Below, piece after piece: positions 57,665-64,000 of a stretch of 64,000 bases of DNA (positions are counted from its first letter, which is position 1; the number at the start of each line of letters is the position of its first letter). The DNA comes from Candidatus Saccharimonadia bacterium (GTDB taxonomy: Bacteria; Patescibacteriota; Saccharimonadia; UBA4664), in the NCBI GenBank assembly GCA_035479295.1, contig DATIIV010000012.1, positions 1,010 to 65,009 of the forward strand, written 5' to 3'. A program made the translations under genes and the position numbers. The notes beneath the pieces were generated by a model that was not told where the DNA came from, ran no database searches, and worked only from the letters and a program-made list of their open reading frames with translations.

Positions 57665-58707
57665 GCCTGTTACGCGCCTTTCGTTGGCCGCTGGCACTGA
57701 GCGCCGCCGCTTTGCTGGCTACATGGTGGTGGCTTGGACCCGAAACGGCGCTGCTGGTAGCCATTTTGGCCGTGCTGGAGATCTCGCTGTCGTTCGACAA
57801 CGCGGTGGTAAATGCCAAAGTGCTGGGCCGCATGAGCCGCCGGTGGCAGAGCCTGTTCCTAACCCTAGGTATTGCCATCGCTGTGTTTGGTATGCGGCTG
57901 GTTTTTCCCTTGTTGATCGTCAGCCTGGCCGGCCACCTCGGGCCCGTCGAGGTGTTACGGTTGGCCATGAACGCGCCCGACCAGTACGCCGCCATCCTCA
58001 CTCAGGCCCATCCGGCCATCGCGGCCTTCGGCGGCACTTTTTTGCTCATGCTCTTCCTCGACTTTGTCTTTGAAGATCGCGAGATTAAGTGGCTGCGGCG
58101 ACTCGAGTGGGCCTTGGCCAAGCTGGGTCGGCTCGAGAATCTAACCGTTATTGTTACCCTGGTGGTGCTGGCTACGGCCGCGCTCGGCCTGAGCGCAGAT
58201 AATCCGGCCGTAGTGCTCTGGCCGGGCATTTTGGGCATGGTAACGTACCTGGTACTAACGAGCTTAACCGGTCTCTTCCAGATTAGCCGCGTGGCTGGCT
58301 CGCGCGCGCTTAAGGGCCAGACCGCTCAGGCCATTGCCCGGGCTGGTCTGCTCAGCTTTATCTACCTGGAGGTGCTCGATGCCAGCTTTAGCTTCGACGG
58401 CGTCATTGGCGCCTTTGCCATTACTAACCAGATCTTTCTGATCGCGCTGGGTCTGGGCATTGGGGCGCTGTTTGTGCGGTCGATGACGGTGTATTTTGTG
58501 CGCCGCCGCATTCTGGCCCGCTACATTTATCTGGAGCATGGAGCGCACTATGCGGTGGGTGTGCTAGCGCTCATTCTGCTCATCACCATTCGCTACGACG
58601 TGCCCGAGCCGGTTACAGGTTTGATCGGTATCGGTTTTATCGCTATCGCTTTCCTCGACTCGCGCGAGTATCGGCGGCAGCATACCGAGGCCGTGCATCA
58701 GCTGTAA
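57661..58707 (+). CDS. DUF475 (TerC-like) membrane protein
   Basis: LEISLSFDNAVVNA, FGMRLVFP, YLEVLDASFSFDGVIGAFA, LEHGAHYA; ATGA overlap with trxB. Confidence 0.9.
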   Translation: MSLLRAFRWPLALSAAALLATWWWLGPETALLVAILAVLEISLSFDNAVVNAKVLGRMSRRWQSLFLTLGIAIAVFGMRLVFPLLIVSLAGHLGPVEVLRLAMNAPDQYAAILTQAHPAIAAFGGTFLLMLFLDFVFEDREIKWLRRLEWALAKLGRLENLTVIVTLVVLATAALGLSADNPAVVLWPGILGMVTYLVLTSLTGLFQISRVAGSRALKGQTAQAIARAGLLSFIYLEVLDASFSFDGVIGAFAITNQIFLIALGLGIGALFVRSMTVYFVRRRILARYIYLEHGAHYAVGVLALILLITIRYDVPEPVTGLIGIGFIAIAFLDSREYRRQHTEAVHQL

Positions 58708-58710
58708 GAA

Positions 58711-58860
58711 GGTTAAATAGTGCTGGCGCGTTGAGCTCTCGTTGATTCTTTCCGCATAATATATCGGCAAACGTAATATACGGCCGCCGTACTTTTATAA
58801 CGTTTGCCGATATATAAGCTAGAGAGGCTAGGTGGGGGCTCTGCCGCCGGGGCTGCGGCC
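58711..58860 (+). ncRNA. Candidate rod-shaped ncRNA (6S-like architecture)
   Basis: Nested helices CTGGCG/CGCCGG, GAGCTCTC/GGGGGCTC, TTCTTT/AGAGAG and 16-bp ATATATCGGCAAACGT/ACGTTTGCCGATATAT; G-U pairs favour the + strand. Confidence 0.45.
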
Positions 58861-58871
58861 GTCGACTAAGC

Positions 58872-59801
58872 CTACCGCTCGCCAACCACGCCGATCTCGG
58901 GATGCAGCTCGTAGCCGGTAGCGGCCTTAACCTCACGCTGCACCAGCTCGATCAGGGCCAGCACGTCGGCGGCGGTGGCGTCGCCCAAGTTCAAGATGTA
59001 GTTGGCGTGCTGCTCGGAGATCTGGGCGCCGCCGATGCGTCGGCCTTTGAGCCCCGCCTGATCGATCAGGCGGCCGGCGCCAACACCCTCAATCTTCTTG
59101 AAGATTGAGCCACACGACGGCCACTCGGGCAACTGCGGCTGCTTGGCTCGGCGCCAGGTGGCGTTGGCCTGCATCTGCAGCTCAATGGCCGGCTTGGGCC
59201 GTGGCTTTAGGCCAAATGTTACCTCCAGCACCACTAGCGGCTGGCGATGCAGGATGCTGTAGTCGTAGTCGAACTCAAAGAAGTCCCGGTCGACGATCTT
59301 AATCTCGCCGGCCGCCGTTAATACCTTGGCGCGGCGCACTACCTCGGCAATGTAGAGCGTGCGATCGCTGCGCAGCTCGCCGGTGGTCTGCCAGTGCGGT
59401 GCGTCCACGCTGGCAAAGTGCAGGTTCTGCCACATGGCACCCCCCACCGACGAAGGAATCAGTGTGTAGTGCTCCAGGCCCGACAGACCATAGGCGGCCG
59501 CTAGCTCAATCAGCTCCGCGATAGTGGCGCCGCTTTCGGCCGTCAGGCTATGGCCGTGCACCACAGAGCGGTCGGCCCGATTGCGAATCACCAGCCCGCG
59601 AAAGCCCCGATCAGTCACCAAGATGTTGGCCCCGGTACCGAGCAAAAAATACGGCATGTGGGCCGCTCGTGCCGCCAATATCGCCGCCATCAGCTCGGGT
59701 TCATTGTGCACTTCCACAAAGTAATCGGCCGGTCCACCAATCTGGTAAGTGGTATAGGGCGCCAGCCGGACATCACGCTGAAGGTTGGGTAGCTTAAGCA
59801 T
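58872..59801 (-). CDS. murB: UDP-N-acetylenolpyruvoylglucosamine reductase
   Basis: TTY.IGGPAD, GTGANILV.D.G, IP.SVGGA, SCGSIFK, AG.LIDQAGLKG, HANYI.N. Confidence 0.92.
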   Translation of the reverse strand: MLKLPNLQRDVRLAPYTTYQIGGPADYFVEVHNEPELMAAILAARAAHMPYFLLGTGANILVTDRGFRGLVIRNRADRSVVHGHSLTAESGATIAELIELAAAYGLSGLEHYTLIPSSVGGAMWQNLHFASVDAPHWQTTGELRSDRTLYIAEVVRRAKVLTAAGEIKIVDRDFFEFDYDYSILHRQPLVVLEVTFGLKPRPKPAIELQMQANATWRRAKQPQLPEWPSCGSIFKKIEGVGAGRLIDQAGLKGRRIGGAQISEQHANYILNLGDATAADVLALIELVQREVKAATGYELHPEIGVVGER

Positions 59802-59852
59802 CACCCTCATTGTAGCAGATTGGTATCAGGGAATTGGCCTAAATGCCCATTG

Positions 59853-60260
59853 TTAAAGCGTTTGGCGAGCGCTTTGCAGACTGCTCACCAGTTCCAGCAA
59901 TTGCTTGGCCTCGATCTCGGTTACCGGCGCCCCGGTACTATCGCCGGTTGTCGAATTACCCGCGCCAGCCCCAAAGATCATGTTGTTCTGGTACTTCTCG
60001 AGCCGGTGGTCGCCAAAGAGCTGGTAGCCCGTCTCGTGCACCCCGCCCTTAACGCGCTGCAGCACTTGCACCTTAATGCGCGGCACAGTTAGCTCAGCCA
60101 CATTACAACGGGTTAGGTAAACCAGGAGATTATTGCTAGTTAAATACTTTTTGGTGGCAATGGCCGTATTAGCATCCGCCAACTTGTCGGCCAAATACCA
60201 CGATACGCTATTTTCTAGCGCCGTTTTGCTGTCTTCGCTGACGAGTTCTGGATCGCTCAT
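59853..60260 (-). CDS. Hypothetical protein
   Basis: ORF from MSDPELV...; TAAGCT 7 nt upstream. Confidence 0.6.
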   Translation of the reverse strand: MSDPELVSEDSKTALENSVSWYLADKLADANTAIATKKYLTSNNLLVYLTRCNVAELTVPRIKVQVLQRVKGGVHETGYQLFGDHRLEKYQNNMIFGAGAGNSTTGDSTGAPVTEIEAKQLLELVSSLQSARQTL

Positions 60261-60335
60261 AGCCCTAAGCTTAAGCTTTATGATTGACGCCTGTCCAGTC
60301 CTGATGGATACTAGGCTAGTAAGAGGCATTATTTT

Positions 60336-61187
60336 GTGGCAACTACCGAACCTAACACGTCCACCGTTTCGTACCATTCCAATCCGCTCGAGCTAATTCG
60401 GCCTAGCATTAACGGCGTGGGCCAGATTTGGCTGCAATACGTTAGCGCCGTCTTTTTGTATCTGGCGGCGATTTTACTGTCGTTGGTTATCGCTGGAATC
60501 GTGGCCTGGGTCGCGCGGAGTGCCGGCGCCTCCACGGCCGTCGTTATTCTCGAGGCCATGGTGGTTGGGCTTATTCTGCTGGTGGGCGCCTCGGTCTTCT
60601 TTATGCCGGCGTTCTATCGCATTATTCTGGCAGCGGCCCATCACAAGCAAATTGTGCTGAGCCAGGCCTTTGAGGACAACTGGAATATGGGTGTGCGCTT
60701 GGTGTTGACGCAGCTGCTGGCCGGTGTGTTCATTTTGGCTGGCCTCATTCTGCTTATCGTGCCCGGCTTAATTCTGATAGCCTGGTTTGCCTTTGTGCCC
60801 TATGTCGTCATCGAAGAGAAGCTGAGTGGGCTCGAGGCGCTGCGTCGTAGCCGCGACCTGGGCCGAGGTCGGCTCTGGGAGGTCTGGGGCGTACTTGGCC
60901 TCGGCGCTAGCGTTGGCATCCTCAACCTTGTGCCGGTTATTGGCGGCATTCTTAATGCGGTGGCGGCGTTCTTCCTGATCCCAGCAACGGCCTTGCGCTA
61001 TCTTGAGTTGCAGCAGCTTAAGGCCTCCAGCAGCGCTAGCAAGGTGCCGGTGAACGGCTGGAACTACGGCCTCGTCGTGATTGCTCTTTTGGTGCTTGTC
61101 CTTAGCTCTAGCTCGTTAGCCCGTAACTCTCACCCCACCACCGGCTCTAGCATTCTGCCCACACCAGCCCAAAACCGGCCGTACTAG
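60336..61187 (+). CDS. Integral membrane protein (GDPD membrane-domain-like)
   Basis: G.ILLIVPG.I...W..F.PY....E......AL.RSR.L.RGR.W. Confidence 0.7.
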   Translation: MATTEPNTSTVSYHSNPLELIRPSINGVGQIWLQYVSAVFLYLAAILLSLVIAGIVAWVARSAGASTAVVILEAMVVGLILLVGASVFFMPAFYRIILAAAHHKQIVLSQAFEDNWNMGVRLVLTQLLAGVFILAGLILLIVPGLILIAWFAFVPYVVIEEKLSGLEALRRSRDLGRGRLWEVWGVLGLGASVGILNLVPVIGGILNAVAAFFLIPATALRYLELQQLKASSSASKVPVNGWNYGLVVIALLVLVLSSSSLARNSHPTTGSSILPTPAQNRPY

Positions 61188-61240
61188 CGCCAAAGCTAGC
61201 AACTTTGCCCCAGATCGGTATAATAGGGGAGCATTGGCGT

Positions 61241-61316
61241 GCGCCCGTAGCTCAGGGGATAGAGCACCAGTTTCCGGTACTGGGTGTCGGGGGTTCAAAT
61301 CCCTCCGGGCGCACCA
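61241..61316 (+). tRNA. tRNA-Arg(CCG)
   Basis: Acceptor GCGCCCG/CGGGCGC-A-CCA, D-arm GCTC/GAGC, anticodon arm CCAGT-TTCCGGT-ACTGG, T-loop TTCAAAT; TATAAT upstream. Confidence 0.95.
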
Positions 61317-61404
61317 TGGAATTATTTCAGATTAAAACGTGTTCCATAGTATGGGTGACCTCGCGCCCCTTTCTGGCCCTAGGCGGCTGGACTATACTTT
61401 TAAT

Positions 61405-62016
61405 ATGACCGACCGTTTAACGCATCCTCAAATCGAGAAGCTGATTACCCAAGTTTTGCTACCGTTTTATCACGTTCGGCGCGATATACCATTGCCTATT
61501 GGTGAGCGACGCCTAGAAAACGACGCGGAACACTCTTGGTCTCTGGCGTTCTTGGCTAGCTGCTTGGCGCCGCAAATCGACAAGGGCCTTGATGTGGGCA
61601 AGGTCTGCCAGTTTGCCATCGTACATGATCTGGTAGAGGTGTACGCTGGCGACACGGCTGTTCACGGCAACGCCGACCATATCCGCACTAAGGCGGCCAG
61701 AGAAGAGGCGGCAGCTAAGAAGATCGCGACAGAGTTTTCGCACATGCCCTGGATCACCGAGACCATCGCAACATATGAGCAGCGAGACTGTAATGAGGCT
61801 AAGTTTGTCTACGCCCTCGACAAGTATTTGCCAGTCTTCTTCGATTATCTTGATAAATCACGCTATTTTCGAGAAAAGAAAATGTCATTGGCCGCGTATA
61901 ACCAGAGCCTAGAGGAGCACCGCCAGAAAGCTCATATGCATCCGACGGTTGGGAAGTATTATGATGAGGTTCGAGCTCTTGTCGACACCCATCCTGAATA
62001 TTTTTATGATAGCTAA
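61405..62016 (+). CDS. HD domain protein (YfbR-like nucleotidase)
   Basis: ENDAEHSWSL, VHDLVEVYAGD, EAKFVYALDK; leaderless start 61405. Confidence 0.85.
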   Translation: MTDRLTHPQIEKLITQVLLPFYHVRRDIPLPIGERRLENDAEHSWSLAFLASCLAPQIDKGLDVGKVCQFAIVHDLVEVYAGDTAVHGNADHIRTKAAREEAAAKKIATEFSHMPWITETIATYEQRDCNEAKFVYALDKYLPVFFDYLDKSRYFREKKMSLAAYNQSLEEHRQKAHMHPTVGKYYDEVRALVDTHPEYFYDS

Positions 62017-62093
62017 TAGGCGGTTTTCGACACTTCTTCCAAATACTTTGTCACTTTTGTCAAACTTTATTGAACTTTCGTACAAAATGATCT

Positions 62094-62143
62094 AAACTCC
62101 ATAACGGTGTCTGGCAGTTAAGCCCGACGGTTTGTGGAGTTTT
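62094..62143 (+). promoter_or_regulatory. 5' leader hairpin occluding the SD of the peptide/sortase-like/GT2 operon
   Basis: AAACTCCA...TGGAGTTT outer stem with inner GTC-TGGC/GCC-CGAC. Confidence 0.45.
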
Positions 62144-62146
62144 TTG

Positions 62147-62278
62147 ATGTCGAGTAGTCCTTATCAATCGCTTGTTGAGCTGTATCTCTTCTTTTTGGCG
62201 AGTGTATTGGTCATTAATGTGGTAGCGGTAGCGGCCAAGTGGTTAGTGGCGCGGCGTCGGCGGACCGATGAAGCGTAA
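62147..62278 (+). CDS. Small membrane peptide (43 aa), TM plus RRRR tail; not in the ORF track
   Basis: SD GGAG; MSSSPYQSLVELYLFFLASVLVINVVAVAAKWLVARRRRTDEA; overlaps the next start. Confidence 0.6.
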   Translation: MSSSPYQSLVELYLFFLASVLVINVVAVAAKWLVARRRRTDEA

Positions 62279-62912
62279 GCTGCAGCGCGGCCTTAATTGG
62301 GCGACGCGCACGGTGCTGATGACGGCCTCGGGCTTGTTTACGCTGTTCATCTTTGCCAATAGCTACGAGCTGGCCTTTGATCGGCCGCTGCCCCTGCCGC
62401 TGGCCTCGGCGGTAGCCAAGGTGGACCTGAGCCCATTCACCAACCTCGTGCATCCGGCCGACGCTCTGGCCTCGAGTGCCGCTGAGCGGGTGGGCAACTA
62501 TGGCCAGCCCAACACGCTGCGCCTGCCCACGCGCCAGATTAAGTTGCCGCTAGCGCCGGCCATCGTAGCCGACGACGTTTGGGCCGCTCGCTCCAACACT
62601 GGCCACTTTATGGTGGTGGGGCCGGCCAAGGGCGGCAACCTGGGCGATCTGTTTGTGTACATGCGGCAGAGCTGGCGCACCATCGATCAGCCGCGCCAAA
62701 TCGTGGCCGGCGACAATCTGTTCGTCGACACCGACAAGGGCTGGCGCTACATGTACCGCGTGAGCGAGACGCAGGCCATTCCGGAGAGCTCGCGTTATGT
62801 GCTAGCCGACAGCCGCGTCAGCCAGATCGTGTTGACCGTCGAGAATGCTAGCAGCCATAGCGTCACCATCATTAAGGCCGACTTTGTCAGCGTCCAGAGT
62901 ATCGATCAATGA
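62268..62912 (+). CDS. Sortase-fold-like membrane-anchored protein lacking the catalytic His/Cys/Arg
   Basis: N-terminal TM; P.TL.LP...I.LP., GN...FVY, GD.L.V......Y.YRV, IVLTV strand order as in sortases; protein has no Cys. Confidence 0.6.
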   Translation: MKRKLQRGLNWATRTVLMTASGLFTLFIFANSYELAFDRPLPLPLASAVAKVDLSPFTNLVHPADALASSAAERVGNYGQPNTLRLPTRQIKLPLAPAIVADDVWAARSNTGHFMVVGPAKGGNLGDLFVYMRQSWRTIDQPRQIVAGDNLFVDTDKGWRYMYRVSETQAIPESSRYVLADSRVSQIVLTVENASSHSVTIIKADFVSVQSIDQ

Positions 62913-64000
62913 GCGAGCACTGGTTTATTACCCTGCGTAACTGGGGCGCCTTTTTTGCGGCTGTTATGCTCTTTAAGTACTATGTTTTCCTGTTGGTTTC
63001 GCCGTTTTATGATGTTAAAGAGGCGCGGCGGCGTCGGCGGGTGGCAGCGCTGCACCTAACGGCGCCGTATCGGCCGCTGGTCTCAGTAATTGTGCCGGCC
63101 TGGAACGAGGAGGTGGGCATTCTGCGGACGGTGCGGTCGCTGCTGGCCAGTACGTATCCCAATATCGAGATTGTGGTCGTTAACGATGGCTCCACCGATC
63201 GCTCGCATGCCAAGATGCAAGCGTATCTGGAGGAGCTCAGCCACGCTAATCGCGATCATCACGGCAAGATTCGCTACTTTTACAAGCCCAACGGCGGCAA
63301 GGGCCACACACTCAACTTTGGCATCGAGCGGTCACGCGGCCAGATCGTGGTGACCATGGACGCGGACTCGGTCTTTGAGCCGACGGCCATCGCCAACCTA
63401 GTCGAGTACTTTAAAGATCCCACCGTCGATGCGGCGGTAGGCAATGTGCGCGTGGCCACCAACAACACGCTGATCGGCCGCATTCAGCGCTTGGAGTATC
63501 TCTTTGGCTTTTATTACAAGCGCGCCCACTCGGTGATGGGCGCCGAGTACATTTACGGCGGCGCCTGCGCGGCTTTTCGGCGCAGTAGCACCTTCGATCG
63601 CATCGGTCTCTTCGACGCCGTCAACAAGACTGAGGATATCGAGATGTCGCTGCGCACGCGCTACCACGGCCTTAAGTCGGTCTATGCCGAGGATGTGGTC
63701 TGCTACACCGAGGGCGCCTCGACCGTGCGCGGCCTCATCAATCAGCGGCTGCGATGGAAGAAGGGCCGCTTCGACACCTTTGGTAAGTATCGCCGTATGT
63801 TCTTCTCGCTTGATCGGCGCCACAACCCGGCCCTGAGCTGGTTCGTGCTGCCGTACTGCCTGCTGGCTGAGTTCCAGCTGCTGTTCGAGCCCATTGGCTT
63901 TACGCTGTTGCTGGCCTACAGCTTCTTGTCGGGCGACTACATTTCATTGGCGCTGGGCGTACTCTTTGTGGCCATCACCTACATTGTAGTGTCGATCTTT
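62909..64000 (+). CDS. Processive GT2 glycosyltransferase (PgaC/IcaA-like), 3'-truncated; not in the ORF track
   Basis: VSVIVPAWNEE, VNDGSTD, NGGKG, DAD, TED, QRLRW, C-terminal TMs; ATGA overlap. Confidence 0.9.
   Translation, partial: MSEHWFITLRNWGAFFAAVMLFKYYVFLLVSPFYDVKEARRRRRVAALHLTAPYRPLVSVIVPAWNEEVGILRTVRSLLASTYPNIEIVVVNDGSTDRSHAKMQAYLEELSHANRDHHGKIRYFYKPNGGKGHTLNFGIERSRGQIVVTMDADSVFEPTAIANLVEYFKDPTVDAAVGNVRVATNNTLIGRIQRLEYLFGFYYKRAHSVMGAEYIYGGACAAFRRSSTFDRIGLFDAVNKTEDIEMSLRTRYHGLKSVYAEDVVCYTEGASTVRGLINQRLRWKKGRFDTFGKYRRMFFSLDRRHNPALSWFVLPYCLLAEFQLLFEPIGFTLLLAYSFLSGDYISLALGVLFVAITYIVVSIF

Noticed and set aside
58748-58776. dif site (CCGCATAATATAT)
   Set aside because: Resembles a XerC arm only; the conserved XerD arm TTATGTTAAA is missing.
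1-64000. Prophage, transposase, integrase, rRNA or alternative genetic code
   Set aside because: No such motifs seen. Conserved genes end normally at TGA/TAA/TAG, consistent with code 11.

Overview
Bacterial chromosomal window, GC-rich in most coding regions, with mostly small single genes and no biosynthetic operons. The gene content (cyoABCDE quinol oxidase, class F sortase, many small CPR-type orphan and membrane proteins, actinobacterial-type families) suggests a soil Saccharibacteria (TM7, Patescibacteria/CPR) genome. That taxonomy is my inference, not a database result. Recognisable loci: an AT-richer cassette region (1-3050) punctuated by tRNA-3'-like repeats; an ABC-F gene; a GLUG-type surface protein plus sortase; four ABC exporter pairs; cupredoxin-copA; corA; a Crp/Fnr regulator; cyoABCDE; cfa; cobO/nrdJ/nrdR divergent from trxA/trxB; murB; tRNA-Arg(CCG); and the start of a GT2 operon. 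Most interesting signals: (1) a catalytically dead sortase-fold protein between a small membrane peptide and a processive GT2 synthase; (2) a leaderless MRYR leader peptide and SD-sequestering hairpin upstream of the ABC-F; (3) two distinct gene-expression grammars, namely more than 20 leaderless genes versus a set of orphans with -35 boxes, SD leaders, TTC/ATC codons and U-less hairpins; (4) a Crp-type regulon visible as three identically positioned boxes; (5) a sortase substrate lacking its membrane anchor, with a prfB-like +1 frameshift signal into the sortase; (6) two rod-like ncRNA candidates; (7) a cyoE with no canonical start codon next to an internally deleted cupredoxin gene. All family assignments are from motif recognition by eye.
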